DNA from: Eukaryota sp. TZLM1-RC
Lineage: Eukaryota; Protista; Metamonada: BaSk clade
Length of the DNA stretch: 64,000 nucleotides
Direction of reading: 5' to 3'
NCBI GenBank assembly: GCA_040285825.1
Contig: JAUPSS010000001.1
Span: forward strand, 3,472,001-3,536,000
Below the pieces are notes generated by a model that did not search any database, was not told where the DNA came from, and saw only the letters and a program-made list of their open reading frames with translations. The translations under genes were made by a program, and so were the position numbers. Positions 11,318 to 23,036 of the stretch are shown here, in pieces; the first letter of the stretch is position 1, and every line of letters begins with the position of its first letter.

Positions 11318-13402
11318 GCTTCTAAACGTAATAAAATGTTTACAGTTCAAAAGATGAGTAAACAAAAGAGGTTTACCACATTTACAAGTTAAATGATTGG
11401 GCAAATTGTTTGGCCACAGAAAACAACGAAAACGCATGTTTAGAAGCCATTCATTGTCTTTTAACAAAAGTCCATAAACAGAAAAAGTTTGTTATTCTGG
11501 AAAATTTACTTAAATTTTGAAATCAACATCACCATCAATTTCTTTTGAGTTTTGTCGAATTTTTAATGAACAGAGAACCAATTTTTTAGCAAAATTATTT
11601 AGTAATTTTTCCAGCATAACAAATTTTCAAAAGAAAAAACTTAAGATGTTTTTCCAATTCAAGAGTCTTTATGACTTCTAGCTCTTTTTTAATTGAATTT
11701 AAATAATTTTCAAGGCTGTCAAGTGTCTTTTCGGCGGAACCTAAACAGCAACCCAGAAAGCAGAAACTAGTTTTACTCATTTACTGCGATCATTACCTCC
11801 ATCCCTAACTTACAATTTTTGTAGACAATTTAACAAAATACGTACCCAATTTTTGGCTTATTTAATGTCTGTTGATCCATCAATTTTGAAAAATCATATT
11901 TTTTCTGATGTTCAACTTGGCGGTGTTGGATTCAATTCATCAAAATATTTGACCAAAGCTGCATTTATTGGTGGTGGAAAAAATTTTGTATTTGAATTCT
12001 CTAGAAGATATCCTTTTGCCGAAAATCTTCTTGAAAATACAAATAGCATATTCCTGGATAACTTAAGACAAGAAATATCCAGTTTATCTCCCGACTTATG
12101 GCAATCATGTTTCCCCATATCCATTCAAGAAATTCCAGACAGAAGTTTATATTCATTAAAATTTGCGTTGAAAAAGCTCCAACGACATCTTTTGAAAAAT
12201 TTTGAAAGCAAGGATTTTATTGTTCGAAACATATTATTCTGAAACAAATAGCAACTTTTATTCAACAGCGTTATGAAGATATTGGTCTCTCATTGAATAT
12301 CTCCAAATGTTTGATTATTGGCTATGAACCAATTGAATTTTTCATTAATGATGTCAATTTCCCCTTTATCAATTATGAACAGTCTGGTTTTCGTTTTTTA
12401 GGTTGTTATCTCTGAAATATTGAAGAAGTCAAAGGCCAACTTTCGACTCTGTTGACTCAATTTGGAAACGAATTAGAATCAATAGAAAATTTAAATATTG
12501 AGAAACATTTGAATTCTTTTTCCTAAAAAGTTTGTTATTCTTTTTTTTATTTTTTTTATTAAAATAATTTTATTTATTTAAAGAATCAAATAAAAACAAA
12601 ACAAACTAAAAACACATAAGAAACTAAATTCTCCACGCCAACTCTTGATGAATCCTTATAAAGTTTAGACATCATTAAACTCAAGTACTTGGGAACACTT
12701 CTGTACAAAGCGAAAATGATACGATTTTTCCATAAATTCTCTGCAAAATTCTTACCACTTGAACGACATAAATTACCAAAATCATTGATGAAATTCAAGG
12801 CGGATTGTCCAATGTTGCCAAAAATCGAAAAGGCAAAAGGAACAAACGAAAACTTCGAATAAAGGTTCTTATTTAAATCATTTAATATCTCAGTATATTT
12901 ATCTCTCTTACGATCTTCAGCCTTGTTTAAATGACCATTAGTACTAAGTAAAACATCATCGCGATAAACGAAAGCAAAGGGATCAACTGTAGTGAAATCA
13001 ACAACAACTTGAGAGGAATCCACAAAAGGAGCAATTAAATCACCTCGACGTGAATTAAAAAGATTATCATCACTATAATGCTTCAACAAAGGTTCTACTT
13101 TGCAACTAAAATTGTAACACTTGAACATCTCATATGTCACATCACGAACGGCATTATGAAGAACTGACCTATATTGGAGAAATTTCTTACAGCTCACAAT
13201 ATGACGAAAATTGGCAGTAGGTTTTTTGTTACAAATACAATAAGAATTATCCAAAAGACCACTTGGATACATCCCTAATCTCAACCGCATGTTTTGTTTC
13301 CAAGCTTCATTTGTTAAGTGAAGACCAAATGGCCTTGGTTGCTGAGATATTAAACTAGTACAGTTCTGAATGTCTGATAAAAAGGCAGCAAAGACGGGAT
13401 TT

Positions 13403-15803
13403 CCTGAAGTGTGTCCTTTTTGGATTGAAAATCCTATTACTGCAATTGAAGTTCTTAAAGCTATTCAAAAATTGCCAAAGGGGAAAGCAGCAGGCCCATC
13501 TGGAATTTCTTTTGATCTGTTAAAAATAGCGTGTTCCAGTGCTCCCGAAATTGCCGATGATCTAGCCCACTATTTTCAACAATTGATTGTTTTCAAAATT
13601 AATCCTCCATTTGAATTACTCGCAGCACGTCTGATTGCTTTAGTAAAGCCTGGAAACGGAATCAAACCTGATGGAATACGCCCAATTGCTGTTGGTGAAT
13701 CTCTTTCTCGTTTGCTAGCATCAATTGTCTTCGATCGTGTCAAAGACAAAGCTTCTACATTTTTGAATCCTCATCAATTTGGAATCAAAACAATTGATGG
13801 TGCTTCTGTTGCTGCTATTGCCTCTGATACCTTTTTTAATGCAGAGGAAAATAATTTTATTTTTAATCTCGACTTTAAAAATGCTTTTAATTCTGTAAAG
13901 CGAGAAGCAATTTTTGAAGTTATTAAATTTGACTTTCCTGAGCTATCGAGTTTTTTCTACCATTTTTATGGGAAAGAATCAGATTTAATTTTTAATTCAT
14001 TTGGTCTTAAATCATCTTCTGGAGTGAAGCAGGGAGATCCTTTAGGCCCATTATTGTTTTGTTTAGCTATTCACAAAACTTTAAATATCATTAAGCAAAA
14101 ATACCCTTCTATAAAAATAGTTGCTTATATGGATGATATATCCTTGATTGGTTCATTTGATTTACTAGAATTGGTTGCTCAAGAAATTGCCGATTCATAT
14201 GAAAATATTGGGCTTCATCTTAATGCCAGCAAATGCCTTCTGATTGGCTCTTCTGCTCAAGACCTCGTGATAAACGATTCTATTGTCCCTTTTACTAATT
14301 ATAGTAGTGATGCTTTTAAGTTCCTTGGTTGTTGGTTAGGAAATGTGCATCAAATTCAGAATGAATTACAAGTTATTTTGGAAAAATGAAAATTGAACTT
14401 GATTCAATTTCTTCTTTAGATATAGAAAAACATATTAAATTTTTCATGCTTAAAATTTGCTACACTGGGAGAATAACCCACATTTTGAGATCTTGTGCTC
14501 CTTCCATAGCATTAGATTTTTGTCGTTCTTTTAATTCATTGAGAACAGAATTTTTTGCTGATTTATTGGATGTAGAACCAGGAATGTTGAAAAGTCACTT
14601 ATTTTCTTCAGCAAATTTGGGTGGTATTGCATTTACTAAGTCTTCAATTTTGTGTCAATCAGCATTCTTGGGTGGTGGCAAAAATTTTATTTATGAATTT
14701 TCTCGTAGATTTCCTGATGATTCTCATCTGTTAGTCCCCAATTACAGTCCCTATTTGTATGAGTTATCTTGTGAACTTGAAAAATTACCGCCACAAATTT
14801 GGACCAAATGTTTTCCTCAATCAATTCAAGAAATTCCAAACCGATCTCTATTTAATTTACAGTTTTGCTGTAAAAAGCTTCAACAAAAATTGTCAAAGAT
14901 TTTTGAAAGCTTGGATTTTGATGTTAGACTTGGCTTGGCCAAGAAAAAGAATCCCGCTTTTGCAAATCTTTTACAAGATATGTGTGACAGTACTTCCTCT
15001 GCCTTAGTAACAACAATTCCACAAGTTTATGGTACTCTCTTATCCGATTCTGCTTGGACTCTGAATATGAGATTTCGTTCCTTTATCTGGCCTGATAATT
15101 TACCTCATAATTTAATTTGTAAATGTTCTCGAGAAATTACAACTACTCATTTGCTAAATTGTAAACATTTTATTACTTTTAGAAGCAAGGTTCATGATGC
15201 TGTAAGAGACCAGTTATATTGTATGTGTAAATCTCATAGAATTGAATCCTTCTTGGAACCTTTGTTGTCAAATCTGTTTGATGCTGAAAATGATTTTCAT
15301 AAGAATAATAGAGGTGATGTCATATTACCTGGATTAGATGGAAGCTTCATTTTATTGGATGTAATGTCTGTTGATCCTTGTAATGCCTCAAATGAAAGGC
15401 TTGTTAATTCTGAAATTCATAATCCCCTTTCAAATGCTGAAAATTTTAAATGCAAAAATACAATGAACCTTTGTCCAAATTGGCCAGTCTACAGCATGCA
15501 AAAATACAATTTGTATCCATTTGTATTTTCCCTTTTTGGTTCACTTGCACCAACTGCTTTACGTTTTTTGGATAATTTTGAAATGATTGTAAAGAGAAGA
15601 ACTGGCAGAAATTTCAACAGATTGTTTTGGCAAAATAGAATTGTGTTTTCTATTTTTAAGGGGATGTTGAAGATGGTTTCTGATGCTTTGCTTTCTCTTG
15701 GATCTCACTATGAGAGAGTTGCATCTAGTGTTTTTGTTTTGGGAGAGATGGATTTTTTAGATGTTGATTTATAGGTTTAGAATAAAATTAAATTTTAAAA
15801 AAA
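13403..15803 (+). mobile_element. 5'-truncated family A copy (tandem twin of 7765-10169)
   Basis: ORFs 13370-14389 and 14386-15774. Confidence 0.92.
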
Positions 15804-16283
15804 TTTTTGGCAAAATAGAATTGTATTTTCCATTTTTAAGGGGATGCATAGCCTTGTTTCTACCTCGTTGTTATCACTAGGAAGATATCATGAAGAAAAT
15901 GTTGAAGGTAAATTTTCAATGGTAGATGTGAAGTTTGAGGAAATAGTTTTTTAAAAAAAACCTCTTTTTAAGCATGAAAAATTTAATATGTTTTTCTATA
16001 TCTAAAGAAGCTTGGATTTTGATGTTAGACTTGGCTTGGCCAAGAAAAAGAATCCCCCCCCCTTGTTTTCAATAATTTTAATTTATTGTATAAGAAAAAG
16101 AATCCCCCTTTTGCAAATCTTTTACAAGATATGTGTGATAGTACTTCTTCTGCCTTAGTAACAACAATTCCTCAAGTTTATGGTACTCTCTTAACTGATT
16201 CTGCTTGGACTCTGAATATGAGATTTCGTTCCTTTATCTGGCCTGATAATTTACCTCATAAATTAATTTGTAAATGTTCTCGA

Positions 16284-16844
16284 AAATCAAATTTAAAAAA
16301 AATGTTTTTTCGAAAGAAAAATTAGTGCGAAAATTAGCTTTAAAAGGACGTTTTGGATCTGCAAAACAATGTCTATTCTCTTCTGATTTAGCTGAATGTA
16401 ATGAAAGCACATTGTTCCAATTGAATCATCTTCATCCAGAAGAAAATTTTCATTGTACTAAACCAGATTCAGTTGATTATTGGCTGGAAAATCCTGTCAA
16501 TGCTTCAGAGGTATTGAAACCGATTCAGCAAATGCCTACTGGAAAAGCTCCTGGGCCATCTTTGTAGAAACTTGACATGATCAAATCAGCTGTTGGACAG
16601 TGTCCTGAAATTGCTGCTGATCTTGTTCTTTTTTTTCAACAATCTTCTTACGTTAAAAATTAAAGTCCCTTTTGAGATGACCAGTGCTCGCTGAATTGCT
16701 CTCAAAAACAGTCAATCCAAAATCCGTCCAATTGCAATTGGAGAATCGTTTTCAAGAATTCTTCCGTCTCTTGTTTTCTATAGAATTGGGAAAAAAGTCA
16801 AGGAATTTTTCAGTCCATTTCAATTTGGAATCAAGAAAAGCGTG
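16284..16844 (+). pseudogene. Degenerate fragment J: pre-RT and RT N-terminal region of another family
   Basis: LKGRFGSAKQCLFS..LHPEE..GKAPGPS then stop; atccgtccaattgcaattggagaa = IRPIAIGE; QFGIK near 16820. Confidence 0.75.
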
Positions 16845-19800
16845 TTTTTTTCTCCCTCCCTTAGTCAACCCTTTCATATTTCATTTTCTGTCAAGGCGTC
16901 AATCGTACTGTTTCTCTGTCAAAACGATGCCTTTGGCTGATAGTGACTCTGATACTGATTGGAACGCCCAAGCAAAGATTCTACCAGTCAGAACAAGCTC
17001 ATCTCCTTCACTTAACCACTCTCCCCACAATGCAAGCTATGCTCGAAATTCATCTCGAAAAATTTTTCATTCAAAAACTGATCATTGTACCAGAAAAAAC
17101 ACAGAAAAACCACCATTACATTCCTTGCGTTCTGTTGCGCGTTCTATTAACAACTCCGTTTCTCGAAATTTGTTTTCTCCAGCTGAAACTGCAAAAAGTC
17201 AAAAGTCTATTTCTACTTTTAACTCAAAAATTGACAAAATTGAAAGAACTGAAAAAATGAAAACACTGCCATTAAAAGGTTCTAAAAAATGTTCGATTTG
17301 TGGTATCAGTGGTCATAATTCGAGAACGTGCCCTGAGAAACAAAAAAGAGAATTTGAATTAAAATCTGCTCAACAAATTCTCAAATGTTCTGTTCCAGCT
17401 GTTGCCGTTGTGAAAGGTGCTGAAAATAATGTTTCTGACGATCAACAGTTAAATACTTCTAGTGTTCCCTCTTCTTCCCCTTCTGAAAACAGTAATTTTT
17501 GTTGTCCATTTTGCAAAAAAGATGTTGCAGATTCACGAAATGGTCGAAAACTTCTGTTTTGTACGAATTGTAAAGCCGTTGATACCGTAAGACCCCCGGT
17601 CCGGATCCCAGTAGAAATAAGTCCCGCCAGCACAATCCCCTTCTCAATGGAAATGAGAAATTTTACTTCTGAATTGAAAAATAATAAGTGGAATATTTCA
17701 TCCTTCTGGAAATATTTTGCTAGAAAAAACAAAAATTGTTTTAAGAAAAAATTTGGAAATAGAAAAATTGTAAAATCAAAATTTGCCGAAAATTGTGCTT
17801 ACGTGGTCGTTATGGTGCCGCAAAGCAGTCTTTGTTTTCCTCTTCTTTGGCTGATGTAAACTCTGATACCCTTGAAAAACTCCAAAAGTTGCATCCTCAA
17901 GAAAATTTCAAGTGCAGCAAGCCTGAAGTGTGTCCTTTTTGGATTGAAAATCCTATTACTGCAATTGAGGTTCTTAAAGCTATTCAAAAATTACCTAAGG
18001 GGAAAGCAGCAGGCCCATCTGGAATTTCTTTTGATCTCTTAAAAATAGCGTGTTCCAGTGCTCCCGAAATTTCTGATGATCTAGCCCACTATTTTCAACA
18101 ATTAATTGTTTTGAAAATCAATCCTCCATTTGAATTGCTCGCAGCACGTCTGATTGCTTTAGTAAAGCCTGGAAACGGAATCAAACCTGATGGAATACGC
18201 CCAATTGCTGTTGGTGAATCTCTTTCTCGTTTGCTGGCATCAATTGTCTTCGATCGTGTCAAAGACAAAGCCTCTACATTTTTGAATCCTCATCAATTTG
18301 GAATCAAAACAATTGATGGTGCTTCTGTTGCTGCTATTGCCTCTGATACCTTTTTTAATGCAGAGGAAAATAATCTTATTTTTAATCTCGACTTTAAAAA
18401 TGCTTTTAATTCTGTAAAGCGAGAAGCAATTTTTGAAGTTATTAAATCTGATTTTCCTGAGCTGTCGAGTTTTTTCTTCCATTTTTATGGGAAAGAATCA
18501 GATTTAATTTTTAATTCATTTGGTCTTAAATCATCTTCTGGAGTGAAGCAGGGAGATCCTTTAGGCCCATTATTGTTTTGTTTAGCTATTCACAAAACTT
18601 TAAATATCATTAAGCAAAAATACCCTTCTATAAAAATAGTTGCTTATATGGATGATATATCCTTGATTGGTTCATTTGATTTACTAGAATTGGTTGCTCA
18701 AGAAATTGCCGATTCATATGAAAATATTGGGCTTCATCTTAATGCCAGCAAATGCCTTCTGATTGGCTCTTCTGCTCAAGACCTCGTGATAAACGATTCT
18801 ATTGTCCCTTTTACTAATTATAGTAGTGATGCTTTTAAGTTCCTTGGTTGTTGGTTAGGAAATGTGCCTCAAATTCAGAATGAATTGCAAGTTATTTTGG
18901 AAAAAAATGAAAATTGAACTTGATTCAATTTCTTCTTTAGATATAGAAAAGCATATTAAATTTTTCATGCTTAAAATTTGCTACACTGGGAGAATAACCC
19001 ACATTTTGAGATCTTGTGCTCCTTCCATAGCATTAGATTTTTGTCGTTCTTTTAATTCATTGAGAACAGAATTTTTTGCTGATTTATTGGATGTAGAACC
19101 AGGAATGTTGAAAAGCCATTTATTTTCTTCAGCAAATTTGGGTGGTATTGGTTTTACTAAATCTTCAATTTTGTGTCAATCAGCATTCTTGGGTGGTGGC
19201 AAAATTTTATTTATGAATTTTCTCGTAGATTTCCTGATGATTCTCATCTGTTAGTCCCCAATTGTAGTCCCTATTTGTATGAGTTATCTTGTGAACTTGA
19301 AAAATTACCGCCACAAATTTGGACCAAATGCTTTCCTCAATCAATTCAAGAAATTCCAAACCGATCTCTATTTAATTTACAGTTTTGCTGTAAAAAGCTT
19401 CAACAAAAATTGTCAAAGATTTTTGAAAGCTTGGATTTTGATGTTAGACTTGGCTTGGCCAAGAAAAAGAATCCCGCTTTTGCAAATCTTTTACAAGATA
19501 TGTGTGACAGTACTTCTTCTGCCTTAGTAACAACAATTCCGCAAGTATATGGTACTCTCTTATCCGATTCTGCTTGGACTCTGAATATGAGATTTCGTTC
19601 CTTTATCTGGCCTGATAATTTACCTCATAATTTAATTTGTAAATGTTCTCGAGAAATTACACCTACTCATTTGTTAAATTGTAAACATTTTATTACTTTT
19701 AGAAGCAAGGTTCATGATGCTGTAAGAGACCAGTTATATTGTATGTGTAAATCTCATAGAATTGAATCCTTCTTGGAACCTCTGTTGTCAAATCTGTTTG

Positions 19801-20326
19801 ATGCTGAAAATGATTTTCATAAGAATAATAGAGGTGATGTCATATTACCTGGATTAGATGGAAGCTTTATTTTATTGGATGTAATGTCTGTTGATCCTTG
19901 TAATGCCTCAAATGAAAGGCTTGTTAATTCTGAAATTCATAATCCCCTTTCAAATGCTGAAAATTTTAAATTCAAAAATACAATGAACCTTTGTCCAAAT
20001 TGGCCAGTCTACAGCATGCAAAATACAATTTGTATCCATTTGTATTTTCCCTTTTGGTTCACTTGCACCAACTGCTTTACGTTTTTTGGATGATTTTGAA
20101 ATGATTGTAAAGAGAAGAACTGGCAGAAATTTCAACAGATTGTTTTGGCAAAATAGAATTGTGTTTTCTATTTTTAAGGGGATGTTGAAGATGGTTTCTG
20201 ATGCTTTGCTTTCTCTTGGATCTCACTATGAGAGAGTTGCATCTAGTGTTTTTGTTTTGGGAGAGATGGATTTTTTAGATGTTGATTTATAGGTTTAGAA
20301 TAAAATTAAATTTTTTTTAAAAAAAA
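16845..20326 (+). mobile_element. Full-length family A element (~3.48 kb)
   Basis: 5' T7-CTCCCTCCC, ~82-nt UTR, ATG 16927, TAG 20292, AATAAA and A tail. Confidence 0.93.
16927..20292 (+). CDS. Family A polyprotein (~1120 aa bridged): CCHC knuckle, C4 finger, RT, CCHC, RLE
   Basis: CSICGISGHNSRTC; CPFC..CTNC; GKAAGPSG; RPIAVGE; DFKNAFNS; QGDPLGP; YMDD; CKC-x7-HLLNC; HDAVRD; RGDV..LDV..K.KKY; breaks fall mostly in homopolymers. Confidence 0.9.
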
Positions 20327-20328
20327 TA

Positions 20329-22669
20329 TTTTTTTCTCCCTCCCTTAGTCAACCCTCTCATATTTCACTTTCTGTCACGGCGTCAAAGTCGTACTGTGTC
20401 TTTGCCAAAACGATGCCAGTGACTGACAGTGACTCTGATACTGATTGGAATGCCCAAGCAAAGATTCTACCCATCAGATCAAACTCATCCCCTTCACTTC
20501 TCCACTCTCCCCACCCTTCAAGCTATGCTCGAAATTCTTCTCAAAAAAATTTGAAAATTTTTAAAAAAGACTTTTTGCCTTTGTGTGATGCCCCTGATAT
20601 TACGCCTGAAAAAGTGCAAAAAAAGAAGACATACCTGTTCCAAATGTGGCAAGGTTGGTCATAACATTAGAAAATGTCCTGATATTATTACCGAAAAAAT
20701 GAGACTGAAAACCAATATTTCTATTGTTAATAGTTTGCAAACGCCATCCGAACTAAATCTTCCTCCTGTTCCCAATGTTTCTGCTGATGATGTTAATTAT
20801 GATTTAAATATTGATCAAACTCATTTACCAAAAACTGTTGCTCCTGATCCTACGGATAATGTCTTGAAACATAGTTGTCCTTTTTGCAAAAAGTTCCTCT
20901 CTAATTCTTCTAATGGTCGCCCTCTATTGTTTTGTTTTGACTGTCAAACAAGTGATTCTCTTCGTGATTCCTGTAGAGGTGAGTCCTGCCAGTTCTGTTC
21001 CTATGTCAATGGAAATGCGTTCTTTTTCTTCGCAATTGGAATTGAACAAATGGAACATAACAAGATTTTGGAAATTCTTTGCCAAAAAGAATAAGAAAAA
21101 AAGTAATGACAAACCAAAACAGAGAAAAGCTAATTCATCTTTTCAAGCAAAAAAATTGTTTTTGAGAGGTAGATATGGAAGCGGATTAAAAAATATTTTT
21201 TCGGGAAAACTGGCTGATACCAATCTCGAAACTGTTGAAAAATTGAAATCCCTCCATCCAACTGAACATTTTTGCCCCAGTAAGCCTTCTATTTGTCAAT
21301 ATTGGCTCGAAAATCCATTTCAGGCTCACGAAGTATTGAATGCCGTTGCTAAATTACCAAAAGGAAAAGCTGCTGGTCCTTCAGGCATTTCCTTTGATTT
21401 GTTAAAAACTGCCTGTAAAAATGCTCCTGAAATTGTTGAGGATCTTGCTTCCTATTTTCAAAATTTAATGTGTTTAAATTATGTTCCTCCGCCTGAATTG
21501 ACTGCTGCCCGTTTAGTTGCTTTAGTTAAACCTGGTAAAGGTGACAAACCTGATGGAGTTAGACCAATTGCTATTGGAGAGTCATTAACCAGATTGCTTT
21601 CTTCACTTATTTTTAACAGAATTTCTACTAAAGCAAGGGACTATTTGAAGCCTTTCCAATTTGGTACAAAAACTGTTGAAGGTGCTTCTGTTGCTTCAAT
21701 GACTTCAGATGTTTTTTTCAATAGTCAACAACATCAATATAATTTCAATTTGGATTTCAAAAATGCTTTCAATTCTGTGAAACGTAATTGTATTTTTGAT
21801 GTGCTTCTTCATGATTTTCCTGAACTTACTGCATATTTTTATTTATTTTATGGAAAAAAATCAGACTTAATTTTCGACTCCTTTACCCTTGAATCTTCTT
21901 CTGGTGTGAAACAAGGTGATCCTCTTGGCCCTTTGCTGTTTTGTTTGGCTATTCATAATAGTATTAAAATGACACAACAAGATTTCCCTGATTTGCGTAT
22001 TGTTGCCTATATGGATGACATTTCTATTATTGGTTCTTTTGAAAGAATTTCTAGGGTTTCTGAAGACATTGCGGCGAAATACAAAGAAATTGATTTAGCT
22101 TTGACCCCATCTAAATGTCTCTTGATTGGTAGAGAAAAACAATCTTTGATGATTGGTGGAGCTCAGATTCCTTTTATCAATTATGACCAACAAGCTTTTA
22201 AGTTTCTTGGATGTTGGCTTGGCAATTTGGATGAAATTTATTCCCAGTTAAACAATTTATTGGAGAAGTTTGACAAGGATCTTAGTTTTATTGCTGAATG
22301 TGACATTGAGAAACACATCAAATTTTTTATTTTAAAAATTTGTTATTCTGGAAAATTCACTCATATTTTAAGGTCAACTCCCCCTTCGGTATCTCTCAAT
22401 TTTTGCAGATCTTTTAACAAACTTCGAGTCAAATTTTTTTCTTCTTTATTAGAAGTAAATGAATCTTTAATTCGAAGTCATGTATTTTGTTCAGCAGATT
22501 TGGGTGGAATTGGATTCACCAAATCTTCGATTCTGTGTAAAGCAGCATTTTTGGGAGGTGGTAAAAATTTTGTTTTTGAATTTTTCCAAAGGTTCCCTTT
22601 TGATGTTCATCTGATCAATGGTGAATCAAATTTTTACTTGAATCAACTGCAATTTGAATTAGAAAATTT
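20329..22669 (+). mobile_element. Family B copy B1, 5' part (interrupted by D)
   Basis: T7-CTCCCTCCC, ATG 20413, RT in ORF 20913-22700; ~11-bp non-homopolymer deletion at ~20966 relative to 23675-23686; ends at TSD aaaattt (22663-22669). Confidence 0.9.
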
Positions 22670-23036
22670 TTTTTTTCTTCCTCTACATATAACCGTTTAA
22701 CTTAAAACCTGGCTGAACCGAGATCATTGCTTCTCTTCTTTCTTGTTGATGTCTGAATCAGTTTCTGATTCTAATGGAGTCAAAAGAAAGAACGATAGTC
22801 AACAAGATGCTCAAGACGTCCTTTCCACCTCTCCTCCTCAACCTCTTCTCTCTTCATTTTTGGACAAAAAAAATTCTGATCAAGAATTTTTAGACAATCA
22901 CGATGAAAAAAAAGTTTGTTCAAAAACAAAGCCACGCTCCTACAGATGCTCAAAGTGTCGACAACAGGGACATAATGCTCGAACATGCCCCAATGTTGGA
23001 AAAAATGATGCGGCAAATTCTGAAACAAAATGTAAA
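22670..23036 (+). mobile_element. Family D element, 5' part (UTR, ATG 22749, CCHC knuckle)
   Basis: T-run-CTTCCTCT terminus; CSKCRQQGHNARTC; ends at TSD aaaatgtaaa (23027-23036). Confidence 0.88.

Larger units (their letters stand above)
4930..16283. repeat. Direct tandem duplication, period ~5637 bp (two copies)
   Basis: Matching ORF coordinates 5645/11282, 7732/13370 and 10447/16086; all internal junctions repeated. Confidence 0.92.

Noticed and set aside
16684-16926. N-terminal extension of the A ORF upstream of ATG 16927
   Set aside because: Runs through unrelated fragment J and the UTR from a non-ATG start; absent from other A copies
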